Of a DNA stretch of 64,000 bases, positions 50,701 to 62,694 are shown piece after piece. Source of the stretch: Tricharina praecox (lineage: Eukaryota); contig NW_026250407.1 in the NCBI RefSeq assembly GCF_024521635.1, forward strand, positions 620,001 through 684,000. Reading direction: 5' to 3'. The first letter of the stretch is position 1; the number at the start of each line of letters is the position of its first letter. Made by a program: the position numbers and the translations under genes. Under the pieces are notes generated by a model. The model was not told the origin of the DNA. It made no database searches and saw nothing but the letters and a program-made list of their open reading frames with translations.

Positions 50701-51310
50701 CGTACGTATCGTATGTACGCGTGGATTGATGCGATGCACATTGCTTGCGAAATGCAATACGCAGACAATCTTAAGCCTTCAAGTGCTTCCTCCTGCGTCC
50801 TCGTACTTCCTCGTGCTTCCTCCTTTCCCCGAGCAGAAACAGAAACAGAAACTTCGCTGGTAAAATGTACAATGTACGATAACAAGCCGCCCACTACCCC
50901 CCCCCCCCCACCCTTCCTTCTATTCCCTCTCGTTTTTTCTTTCGTTTTCTTTCGCCGCGGCCGAGGCCGCCTCAGGCCGCCCTTAATCAGCCTTGCCTTG
51001 CCCCCCTCCGAACCACTGGAGGTAATTACTAAATCCGGCGCCGCAAGCAAGCCGACAACCCCAACCCTTCACCAGGAATCAGCACTTGTTATCAGTACAT
51101 GGCGATCCCTCCCCCCCTCCCCCCCTTCCTCCCGCCTCAATGCCTGAAGTCTTAGCGATCGGACGACTGGCCTGTGGTCAACCGCTGTGGGCGTGCGTGC
51201 GGGTGCGAGGCTATGTACCATATCCCACCCCTCTAGCACGTGCAAGTAGTCTACAGTCTACCGTACCTCCTAGTACCTTGTTCTCGAGGTGAGAGGGGGG
51301 TGGGAAAGTA

Positions 51311-52249
51311 CCGTAATAACCGACCGGTCAGTTTGAGCAGTTAGCGCTGTTACCCGCAGGCTTGGTGCGCTTTCTAACTGGTTTACGCCGTTACACACAG
51401 GTTTTGGGGCACTTGGCGCTTAGTCAGTATCAAACTATTAGCGCATAATCCCCGTGATGTTTCTACACATGCAGAGCATCCAACTTCAGACCGATTCTTT
51501 CCAACAGACTTCCCTAACATCATCATCTTCAGTATCGCTAATGTTAGCAAACAGCTCTACAACTACATTCCGCCTACCTACTTCTTCCAGTCGCTTGCTT
51601 CTCCTGGCGTCTAGCTACTGGTTCAACTGGAACACGTACCTTTTCCCATGCGCGCTGAGAAAGTGACCGCTGAGCCTGCTGAGGATGCGTCCACTGAATC
51701 TTCCACGGGCACGCCCACCGAACCTATTAAGAGCACACCACTCAACCTGCCGAGGGCGCGCCCACTGAGCCAGGCAAAAACGCGTTCACTGAGCCTGCCA
51801 TGAGCGCGCCCACCAAGTCTGCTGCTGAGGACGCGTCAACTGAGTCTGTCAAGAGCGCGCCCACTGTGCCTTGTAGACATCTTTGACGAGCGATCAGTCC
51901 GATATTGTTATCTTCATCACTGTCGTTGTCAGGAGCATATTCAGCCGTAGATGTAAGAACAAGAGCTGCGAATTCTGATAAGAATCTGTCGGCGTGTGCT
52001 ATTTTCGTAGGAAAGGTGGCCTAGTTGTTCTCCATTATGGTTTCCGTGATTTCTTTCGACTTGATCTTTGTCGAATGTACTGCAACTCTCTACATCTGCC
52101 ATTCCCACGATGCTTCAGGAGTTTCAGCCGCACTAACCTCATCGACTGATGTTCTACTGCTGCGCCGGCGCTAACTCGATTCACGCTAGTGCACGCTTCA
52201 TGGCGCTAAATCCATTTCACTGACCGGTCAGTTATCTGAGATAATACGG
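51311..52249. mobile_element. Degenerate non-autonomous TIR DNA transposon (Tc1/mariner-pogo-like CCGTA termini)
   Basis: Left end TA|CCGTAATAACCGACCGGTCAGT..TTAGCGC; right end reverse complement CCGTATTATCTCAGATAACTGACCGGTCAGT..TTAGCGC; interior lacks the simple microsatellites of the flanks. Confidence 0.6.
51490..52035 (-). pseudogene. Disrupted ORF with ~8-aa (24-bp) repeats inside the TIR element
   Basis: MENN*ATFPTKIAHADRFLSEFAALVL...GTVGALLT/DSVDASSA/DLVGALMA/GSVNAFLP/GSVGAPSA, then stops and a frameshift. Confidence 0.45.
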
Positions 52250-52409
52250 TTGTGTTGAGAGATGGAGATGGAGCTGAGCTGAGTACCGTATCTCGACTCG
52301 CAGACTGAAGGCAGTCATTGACCAACGGTAACCACATAACCATCCACGACCAGTCCGCTCAGCCTTCAGGATTCAGTGCCGGTGCGGTGCAGTGCAGCTG
52401 GGCTTGCAT

Positions 52410-52611
52410 ACACGCATACCTACACGCATACCTACACGCATACCTACACGCATACCTACACGCATACCTACACGCATACCTACACGCATACCTACACGCA
52501 TACCTACACGCATACCTACACGCATACCTACACGCATACCTACACGCATACCTACACGCATACCTACACGCATACCTACACGCATACCTACACGCATACC
52601 TACACGCATAC
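52410..52611. repeat. Minisatellite (ACACGCATACCT)16 plus a partial unit
   Basis: Perfect 12-bp periodicity seen directly. Confidence 0.97.
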
Positions 52612-55303
52612 ACGCAGCTTGCATATATGGCTTGCATATGGCTTGCACAATGCACACATACTCTACATACCTACACACGACTCACGAGGAGAGGACTCAG
52701 AGGAATCCCGTCTTCTCTCGGTTTGCACCGGGTGAGAAGTCGAGTAACCACAGTACCTACAGTACCCAAGTATCTACATACACAAGTGCTTACCTAGTAC
52801 CTAGCTGAACCGTTGAACTTTGCCGGAGCGTGGTGCCGGCCTCGACCTCGGCCGATGTGTTAGTGACTCGGTGCCTAGTGCCGAGAGCTCAGGTGGCGAT
52901 TCAATCGCCTCGCCTCGCCGGTTGCAGACTTGCAGTTGGGGAGGGAAGGGATGGGATGGGATCGACGTGCGGATACGGATACGGATGCGGATGCGGACAT
53001 TCCTACGTACATAGCCACATTGTGGCGCCAACATGGGGGCGGCGGAGGGGAGGGGACTCGGAGGAGGGGTGTGAGATTGGATGATGATCTCGTTGAGCTC
53101 GAGTACTGTAGGTATGTAAGCACGGTCTTCCATCGGCCGTGGTCTTTCCTACGGTACGGTATGGCCTAGCCGGCCGGGGTGTTTGGGCGTAACCTTTGTC
53201 CGTGAAAATAGCACATACCTTATATCTCATACCTGGCGGTGGTGGCCACGGGAAAGACAACCGGGGACTTCTCACTAGGTTTTCGCGCGGCGACGCCTCC
53301 ACGGGACGGAATTTATGTTTATCAGCGCAGCTCTCTCTCTAGCACTCGTCAATAGCTTAGTTTAACCTTGCGAGTGGTAGTTATCTAGCACCAAGCACCA
53401 AGCATCAAGCACCAAGCACCAAGCACCAAGCATCAAGCATCAAGCATCCACAAGGTACCGGTACCTTGTAAGCGGCCACGGTCGGTCGGTCGCTCCGCTC
53501 GAATCCCGTACATACATACCTTCATACATACAAATACTGATATACCGGTAGTTACTAGTCGTCATGGCATTGAATTTGAGCTCGCTCGGAGAAGCATCTC
53601 CGCGGCTCCAGTCTGAACCTCGTCCACGGAGACCTCATGACTACGGCTAGACCCCTGTGCCCACATCGTGCCCGTGCCGGAGGCCCGGAGTCAATATCCG
53701 CATATCGATCCCGAACCCGATACCGTTACCGACACTCCATAGGTACGGTCGGTACCGAACGCCGACGGCTCCGGACAGCGCTAGGTGCTCCGCACTAACA
53801 GGCTAACAGCCCTACCCGCCAAGCCGCATGGGCTCCCTCCTTCCTCCATGACCATTGGCACGCAACCTGCTCACCAAGAATCCAAGATGGATTGGTGATG
53901 GTGGTCTTGAAGGGGTTTCCACTGTGAGGTTTGTTTCAGGCTCATGTCAATGAGCATGGCTACCCTACCTACCACTGTAAGTATCGTCTGGATGAACTTG
54001 ACGTTTGCTCAGGATCACGACTATGTACGGTACTACGGGTATGTAGTGAGACTTCGGAAAGATAGTCCATGTACCTGTGGCGGGCGGGCTTAGGATCGAG
54101 GATTGTGCTGATGGGCCGTGATTCGTGAACATGCGTCTCATGGCCAAGTATGTATAAGTAGGCCTCTACGTGCCCCAGCCTCTACTGGAGCAAACTCACA
54201 CCACCCGGCCGGGAGGAAACGGAGCCATCCCACCAACCAACGGGAAGCCCACAGTGCACACTAGGTACTCGCCACCACTTCGAGCTAACTAGTACATAGA
54301 ACGCGCGCATTTGGCTAGCTGGTCTCCTGGGCACCGGTTTTGCGACCGGCGAGTGCTGGTGGAGGGTGTTCGAACTTCAATGTCGTGTCATGTAGTATCA
54401 ATCGGTGTCGGTAGTGCCGAGCGGTACTATCTAGTACATACGGTGTATTTTTTTTTACGTACAATACATACGGTGAGTTCAGGCTTGTTTCGTTCCGTTG
54501 GACCACCAAACTCTGGTTACTACCTATTACCTATAGCGCCCCAAGAAGGCACTGTAAATGTCTCTGGTCTCTGGTGGATAGAGTATCTCCACTCCACTCC
54601 ACTCCACTCCACTCCACTCCGCAAGTCAACGTGGTATCATACTCTGCGGAACTCGAACCGGATCCTCGAAGCATGTAGAGTAGTCCAGAGTAGTCAGACG
54701 GTTCCAATCACGATTGCAGGCAGCCAGCCAGAGCTGTCACTTCCCCGCACCCGCACCCGCAATGGTTAGTACTCATATACTGGTAGTACCAGTAGAGTAG
54801 ATAGTACCAGCAGATAGTACTAGTATGTACCTGATCGCTGCTCCATCTCCGCCAGCTAGGTGGCTACCGGTATCAATGTGCTCTACTCTATTCCACACGG
54901 TGAAACATAGCTTCACGGTGAAACATATCACTTCACGGTAGTATAGGTATTAGGTACTATGATAGGTACCGGCGACGTGTCGTTTCTCGAATCGAGCCAC
55001 TCCAAGTGTCCAAGTGTCCAAGCCAATGCCAATATGTACATATGCCCACCAAAACGGCCCCGGCCCGGGTCCGGCGAAGCCCGATTGAAGACTCGAAGGT
55101 GGCGCAGCCTCGCCTCTCTTTCCCTCGCTTCGCAGGTCGAATCCTAACTCGAACTCGAACTGACATGGGAGTATGGGCGAGAGTTCCGGCGAGTCCGTTT
55201 TCGCCCTGTCACCAATCACCAGTCACCAGTCGCCAATCGCCTTGGAACATGGTCGCACCCACCCTCCACCTTCAAACATCCCAGGTCGGTACTTACATAA
55301 CGG

Positions 55304-55372
55304 TTACTTTACTTACTTTACTTACTTTACTTACTTTACTTACTTTACTTACTTTACTTACTTTACTTTACT
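55304..55372. repeat. (TTACTTTAC)n, about 7 copies
   Basis: 9-bp tandem array seen directly. Confidence 0.9.
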
Positions 55373-55867
55373 CCGCGCAGTATCCGTTATCGGCTTTGAT
55401 GGACTATTGGGCCGTTGGGGCCTGGAGGTTTCTGCCTTATGTAGTTATGCATGGATGTGTTCGGAAGTCCATCTCCAGAATCTTCAGACTCCAGACTCCG
55501 GAGACCAGAGTGCGCTGCTAGTTGGTGACTGGAACTGGTGACTGGTGACTGGTGACTAGTGACGGGGTGGGCGGCGGGAGAGCTGACGAGTCAGTCTGTC
55601 GGTCTTGTCAGTCCGCCAAAGAAAAAGCTAGGGGAACGGCAGCAGGGATGGCGACGGGCGCGGGCGATTGCGAGAGCCGGATTGGTTGGCTGGCTGGCTA
55701 GTTCTTTGGGTCTTTGGTTCTTTGGTTCTTTGTTCGGCAGAGGGGGGGCTAAGGGAGGGAGGGAGGGAGGAATCATGATTTGCCTATGGTCGTGCGCCCG
55801 CTCATGCTCGTGCTCGTGCTCGTGCTCGTTCCTTGCCCTGCCCGGCGGATAGGAGCAGGGAATATTC

Positions 55868-55948
55868 TGGTGGTGGTGGTGGTGGTGGTGGTGGTGGTGG
55901 TGGTGGTGGTGGTGGTGGTGGTGGTGCTGCTGCTGCTGCTGCTGCTGC
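55868..55948. repeat. Compound (TGG)n(TGC)n microsatellite
   Basis: Seen directly. Confidence 0.95.
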
Positions 55949-56363
55949 GTGCTGCGCGCATCGTTCGTCATAGTGATGGTGGTGCTGCTATGCTAGGTAT
56001 GCTGTGCTGCCTCCGCCACAGCAGTGAGCACAGCATACATAGCACAAGTTGGCAGTTGATCGCTGAGTGGCTGGATACTTCTCCTTCAGACTTCTGCTAG
56101 TGAACTCACTAGTTTATCCACACCACGCGTTGATTTAGAGTGAATCGCTTGGGTGTCATGCTATGCGGCTTCGTTGCACTTGCGCCACTTGGCACGCTGC
56201 TGCTGCGAGGGAGTGAGTGAGGCATGTGGCGAGCCATACACTCGCAGTCAAGGCGTCGCACCATCCACGGCCACGGGGAACGCGGACGATAAGCTCGCAG
56301 TCAGTGGTAGGCAGCGATGCATGTGTGCTTACGTACACCCCTCCGTCGTGGAACTGACGAGGG

Positions 56364-56366
<3 letters not shown>

Positions 56367-56410
<44 letters not shown>

Positions 56411-56601
56411 AAGCATTCTTTCCTTTCCTGTCCTTTCCTTTCCTGTCCTTTCCTTTCCTGTCTTTCCTTCCCTTCCTTTCCTTCCCTTCCTTTCTTTCCC
56501 TTCCTTTCTTTCCCTTCCTTTCTTTCCCTTCCTTTCCTTTCTTTTCTTTTCTTTTGGCTGGAACCTGGAAAAGAAACGAAAAGAAAAGAAAAGAAAAAGA
56601 A
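56367..56601. repeat. (GA)21 followed by a TTTCC-type polypyrimidine tract and an AAAAG tract
   Basis: Seen directly. Confidence 0.9.
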
Positions 56602-57985
56602 AGCCTTGGACCTGTCCCATCCACCCACCCAACAATGGCATTCTTTCTTTTGTTTGTCCGCCCGTCAGTCAGATCGCGCTGCCCATTCATCGGTAATGGA
56701 GTGAGAACTTTGGTACTTGAGTATCATCATATGTACCAGGTAACCACCTCATACTAGAAGCAGGAATAGTTACTAGATTAATCCCATCTTGGCCGACTGG
56801 GCGGTGGAATGCGCCACAAAACAACGAAGCTGGCTGCCAGCTGCCATCAAGCTTTCTCCAGATCGAGCGTGAGTAAGAATATCTGCCCATCTCGCGGCCG
56901 TCACGCTCCGAGTTCGCCGTGTCGGTAGGTCTTTGCCCCCGGGAAATCGCAACGATGAAACAATAAACTCCCTCCGTTCCCCCCGATCCCTCCGATCCCT
57001 CCCGCGTCGTCGTCGCCGCCGTGGAGGAGAAGGTCCGAAGGAGGAGAGTGAAAAGGCTACATACCTGGGTGTAACGACGCGAGGTCGATGGAATGCACTT
57101 CCGGCCCCTGCCAGATCTCTCGGCCAATGGGAAAAGCAATTGCGGGCTGGGGACTTACTTTTGGCAGCTGCACGGCCTTGCTTGGGGATGAGATCATAGT
57201 TAGGGAAGGAAGGAAAAGCCGTGCACCCACAACAACACAACCACAACACAACACCCAGTAAACTCTCCTTCTCTTGTTGTTGTGCCTACATGCCTCCCGC
57301 GCGCCGACTCACCATTGGCTCGCCCGCCCCAATGGCCGGTGGAACGAGCAGGCAAGGTACGGGCTAGTTACTCTATGTATTCGAATCTGCTTACTCGACT
57401 TTACTCAATGTACCAACTACCCGCACGCTCTATGTAGAGTCTCTGGTACGTTGGTAACGGGCGACATGTATCTTCTATCTCGGGAATTCCCCGTCCAGCA
57501 GCCGAACTGGCTACATCAGATTGCAGCTACCTTCTGTCCCACAGAATGTGCCGGCTCCGATTTGCCCTGATATTCCTCCTCGAGTCAACTCAAAACTCGC
57601 ACTACCTCCTTGTCCTTGTCTCTTGGCTGCCTTCCCGCAGCTTCGACAAGAAAGTACAAAAGCCCTCGACGACACCTCATATCGAAAAACCCCTAAATCA
57701 CTCTGCCACTCGGACCTCGAGCTGCCCCACCCTCCCATCCATCCATCCTTCCTTCTAGCCTTCAAAAAGTCACCCTCGGAGGATCCAGGAAGCCTTGTGT
57801 ACCCCACAGCGAAATCCCATTGCCCCACAATTCTCTTAGCCAACAGCTTCCAGCCCTTAGTGCTATCTTGTATCGCCCCCCGCCTGTCTATCAGTCATCA
57901 ATCCTCCCGCTGTTTTCCGTGCAGCCTCCGGACACCAGTCAGGTCTTAAACCCCCCCTCCCTCCCCTTTCGCACCCAGCACTACA

Positions 57986-59224
57986 ATGATGGAGACTCTC
58001 GTCCTCCCCGTCTCTCCTCCACAACTCTCGTCAACCCCAAATTCACTGTCCGAATCATCCTCTCCTGCCACATCAATGGATTCACAGGGTAGCCCCCGAA
58101 GACTCCCAGCCTACCTGGACGCCTTTCGTGCTCCCACCGTCACCTTCAGGTCCGCACCTCCCAGCGGCAGCAATAGCAGCAGCAATTACCGCTCCGAAAT
58201 AATCCCAAATTCCCTCTATCCAGCGTCGAGCGATGCAGCGCAGGACGCAGCAATGTCCCCGCGGACGATGCCACTGTCCTTCAGCAACCTCTCAGTGCAC
58301 GAAGCCGACACCGCCTCCACCAGCGGGACATCGACATCACCGTCCCGCCTGGCGGGCAGCCCCATGTTGATATTCCGCAAATCGTCGGTGCACTCGGCCA
58401 CCTCGCACGCGCACTCGCCCATCTACAGCACGTCACCCCTTCGCCACCGTCGCCAATCCGTCGACTTTGCCCTGTCCCCGTCGAATCCCAAATTCTTGGC
58501 TCTCAACACGTCCAACCAGGAACTGCACGCCCCCAACGACAACGAACCGTACTCCCCAACGAACTCGGCCCACTCGGCCCACTCGGCCCACTCGTTCGAA
58601 ACCGACCCCATATTCCCCGGAGGACTGGAGGAGGAGGGCGAGCAGATCTGTCCGAGACACCATCACCGCCAATCGGTCTCTTCGACCATCTCGATAACCT
58701 GCTCCTCGCGGTCCCCGTCCGTCGTCTCGGACGACGATGGCAACGCCGCCGCAGGCGAGGGAGAGATCGAGGCCACCATCCCCATGGAGCCGATGGCACC
58801 CAGCATGCTAGTGCCGCTCGTCGACCGCAACGAGGAAATGGCGGACCTCCTGGGCCACCACGCGAATGCCGCGTGGGTCAAGCTCGTGCAGGGCACCATC
58901 GGCGCCGACGTCTACAGCTCGCAGTGCGTGCCCCTGTGGACCGCCACGAGCCGTCGTGAGATGTCCGATTCAAAGTGGTTGAAGAAGTCCAAGAACCTGC
59001 TCGAGACCAAGGGCTGTGGCGGCATCTGCGATGGCAGGCTCTGGAACGAGTTCTGTGGCATGGTCGGTTGGGATATGAGCTCGCCGCTTCATGGTGAGGG
59101 GAGGGACGACGGGGATAGGATGCTGCGCAGCAGGGGCAGCCGCGATAGCCTCGGCTCTACCTCTAGCGGGAAGATGAGCTCCATCATTGAGGAGATGGAG
59201 GAGGAGTCATTGCACGCCGAGTGA
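57986..59224 (+). CDS. Hypothetical protein, 412 aa, intronless; Ser/Pro-rich N-terminus and a folded-looking C-terminal domain
   Basis: Long ORF with C/G-ending codon bias, ACAATG start context, T-rich 3' region; no family recognised. Confidence 0.8.
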   Translation: MMETLVLPVSPPQLSSTPNSLSESSSPATSMDSQGSPRRLPAYLDAFRAPTVTFRSAPPSGSNSSSNYRSEIIPNSLYPASSDAAQDAAMSPRTMPLSFSNLSVHEADTASTSGTSTSPSRLAGSPMLIFRKSSVHSATSHAHSPIYSTSPLRHRRQSVDFALSPSNPKFLALNTSNQELHAPNDNEPYSPTNSAHSAHSAHSFETDPIFPGGLEEEGEQICPRHHHRQSVSSTISITCSSRSPSVVSDDDGNAAAGEGEIEATIPMEPMAPSMLVPLVDRNEEMADLLGHHANAAWVKLVQGTIGADVYSSQCVPLWTATSRREMSDSKWLKKSKNLLETKGCGGICDGRLWNEFCGMVGWDMSSPLHGEGRDDGDRMLRSRGSRDSLGSTSSGKMSSIIEEMEEESLHAE

Positions 59225-60370
59225 TCCACATCCACATCACTGTTTTGAGTTTCTTTTCTTTTCTTCGAACTTGTTCTTTCTTCTTGGGTACCTGTTAATC
59301 TCCTACCATGGAAATGTACGATGAATATGTGATTGTACCTTTTTCTTTTCTTTTTACCCTTTTTTTCTTTTTATTTTTTTATATTCTTTTTTATTTTTGG
59401 TATGCGGCGTCCCTGGGTGTTTCCTTTTTTCCCCTCTTACCCTTCTCCTTTTCTTTTGTGAACCCAGCATGGACTGAAGGAGTACTCAATCGTTTTTTTT
59501 CGGTTTCTTTTGGCTTTTGGTTTCTGGCTTTTGGTTTGCTGCGGGAGGTTAGTTACTGCCGCTGGGCCGTTGTTTTTCTGCACTCGTTCTCCGTTCACGG
59601 TTCATTCGTTTGACCGAGGAGTAAAAGGTAGATAGATACAAGCATATTCTTTTGACACCTTTTAACTTTGGGTATCGATGATAAAATGCGAGTGAAGTGA
59701 TGAGATGTGAAGTGAAGTTGTGTACAGCTCTGGGGATTTCATCGCAGACACTACTCTACTGAGGCTGCGACACACACCCGCCAGGCCCGCCTCCGTGAAC
59801 TCTGGTAACAGCATTCTCACAGCACTGCTCAGTGTTCAGCCAACGAGCGTCCCCGCCTAGGTACACTACACCCGGCACTGGACACTGCTTCACGCGACGC
59901 CGCTACGGGGGGTTGGGGTTGAGGGTTGGAGGTTTCTTCCTCGTTCCTCGAAGCGGAGCTGTGGAGACCATCACGGCCAAAAAAAAACCAAAAACCAAAT
60001 AACACAGTCCTCAACCACCGCCGCCCGCCGTCATCATGAAGCCCGTAAGCCGGCGACATGTCCGTTTCTTGTTCTTGTTCTTGACGTCTTGCCAGGCGAT
60101 TTGAAGGAAGCCCACAGAATATCACTCGGCACTCGGAGAGTCGGAGGTCGAACCCGGAACCGAAACCGGAACTGGAACCGAAACCGGAGCCAACCAACCC
60201 ACCCAGCGGCTCGTAGGGGCTCGGATGTTCCTGGCACTTCCAGCGGCTTAGGTACTGGGATATACTGGGATATACTGGGATATAACGATACTAGCAACTG
60301 GTATCGAACCATGAGGCGTGAACGGGACGGGCCGGGGGATGAACTGGAAGGGATGGATGGACCAGAAGGC

Positions 60371-60483
60371 ATGAACCTGAAGGAGTGGATGAACCTGAAG
60401 GAGTGGATGAACCAGAAGGGATGGATGAACCTGAAGGAGTGGATGGACTTGAAGAGATGAACCAGAAGGGATGAACCAGAAAC
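60371..60483. repeat. Degenerate 18-bp tandem repeat (ATGAACCTGAAGGAGTGG)
   Basis: About 4 near-perfect and 3 decayed copies. Confidence 0.85.
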
Positions 60484-62694
60484 CAAAAGCCTGAAGACTG
60501 AAGCCTGAAGGGGTGGATGGATAGGTAGGTACTTAGGTTTATGATAGGTAAACAGTGGTAAAAATCCAGCCGTGGGCGGTGGAAGTGGAATTGCAAGACT
60601 ATGTAAGGCCCCAAGGCCTCAGAGGGACATTGGCTTCTTCTTGTGCTTCCACCCACCCCATTCTGCTCCACGGGCTTCTCTCCGCCGCCGCCGCAACTGT
60701 ATCGTACCAAGTACTCTACTACCTGGTAACTGCCGCCATCCAGTCGCCAGCGGTGTGGGAAATCCGTGGAAATCTGTGTGCAGCAGTAGGTACTTATGTA
60801 ATTAATGGGGTGAGATCAATCCTGGACGGCCTCCTGTTTCCATGATCTAAATATCACGGATGGGGCTCCGAAAGCCCCGAAGGCTCAGGCTCGGTCGTGC
60901 CCGGCGGTGCTACATACCGTACCGCCCATCGGAGATGTAAAATACAGGAGAATCGTGCCGGCCGACCAACCTCCCGAAACGCTGGTTTGGTTTACGGATC
61001 CGTGACCGTGGCGGATATATGCCCCCGAGCTCCCCCCCCCGAAATATGGCTTCGATGCTTGGACTATTGAGACGACGGGACATCTACGCCGTCTTGCAGC
61101 TCCAGGTTCCACTGCCGTAGGTACATACTTGGTTCTCGGTTGGATCATGTGAGTCTGGGGTACCTGTCTGTCTGTCTGCGGGCGGAGTGCAGATATCCAC
61201 CCCCCCTCCACCCACCCTCCCGGGCAAAAACAAAGTTGTCTACACTGCACAGAAAACAGGCATCGAGACTCGAGACCTGGCCAAGATCCCATCCCGGAGC
61301 TGGATGGTAACATGTACCTATCCACCTCCTTCCAAGCTTTGTGCTGCTTCCCCTTCCCTACCCCCTTCCCCACCCCCTTCCACACCCCCTCACGAAACCC
61401 ACTGAGTCCTGACGGTATGTACCACAATATGCAACCGGAGTCACCGCGCCGCGGGTACGTGCATTCCTCAGGCATTCCCCAGCCATATCACGAGTCACGA
61501 CGCCTCATGACGGCTCACTATGTCATTTCACTATGTACTTCACATTTACTCGCGTCTACATCTACAAGTACATACCTTGGAAATTCCTGTTAAGTTGGTT
61601 CGTGTAGCATAGGACGTCTTGTAGGTAGGCAGCTCGTGACTCATGATCCCATCTCCCTCCCCCACTGTCCACTGTCCACTGTGTTCAATGTTGATGAAAG
61701 CGCTGGTGGAAATTGGATTGTCCACATGCTCCCCCGCCCGTCTGCGCTGGAGATGAGGGGGGGCATTTAAAACTACCCCCCATCCGCTCCCTCCAGCTGG
61801 ATGTTGAATGCTGCTTACGATACGAAGTGCGGGAAAGAAGAAGAAGAAGAAATATGCCACCCCCGAGCCCGACAGCCCCACTACCAGTAAGCTCGACCTT
61901 CGTCCGGACTCCGGGCAGAATTCTAGCGATGGCGATGGAGATACTTAGATACTGACCCCCCGCGCATCCACAGCACCCCCCACAGCGCCCCATTACCACC
62001 CGCAAAAGGCGCAGGACCGGTGACGGGCCCGCCCGCTACCACTACCGCCACCACCGCCAGCAGCAGCATTGTCCGCAATCCGCCGCGAAGGACTTCACGC
62101 TTACGACAACAACAATAACGTCGACGTCATCGCACGCCAGAATTCGGGTACGCCTCGACGGCGAGGACACAGCTACTCAATCTCGATGGAGGAGTAGAGT
62201 GGTTTCCGGCTACGACCGGCCGGATTGGACACAAAGAGATACGTGTGGCGGTGGCAGTAAAAATGGAAATAGCGAGTCGCTGCTGGCCAGGACTGTTCTG
62301 CCGTTTCTTGGGAGGGCGGCGAGTACTAAGTCGTTTCATGCTGCGAGTGAGAATGAGAGTGTTGGGCTGATGAGAGTTGGTGCCCCGGATCGCGGTTTTG
62401 GGCTTGGGTGTCGGTGGAGTAGGTTGTGGTTTTTTAGTCGGCGTTGATACTGGGCTTCGAGGCCGGTAGGTGTTGATTTTGATGTTGATGTTGGCGGTAT
62501 GTTTTTTTTTGTGGCTCTGATGGGTGCAGGTACATATGGTGATGTATCCATCACTTTTTTTTTTCTTAATTGTTCGGTTCCACCTATTGTATATGCCCTC
62601 GCAACTATTGCCCTCATGTACGGTAAGTAAGCATGTAAGTATCCGTCAAATCAGCTCGTGTCCACAGAAAATAGCAATCATGGTCAATCCCTCC

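Noticed and set aside
52318..52808. Repeat-peptide ORFs (HAYL, TRIP, YACR) or CRISPR-like array
   Set aside because: Spacer-less 12-bp tandem repeat in eukaryotic DNA; frames are open only because the unit has no stop
60089..60460. MNLKEW-repeat ORF as a RiPP or Kex2-processed repeat-peptide precursor
   Set aside because: No signal peptide, no dibasic sites between repeats, non-ATG start and no neighbouring tailoring genes
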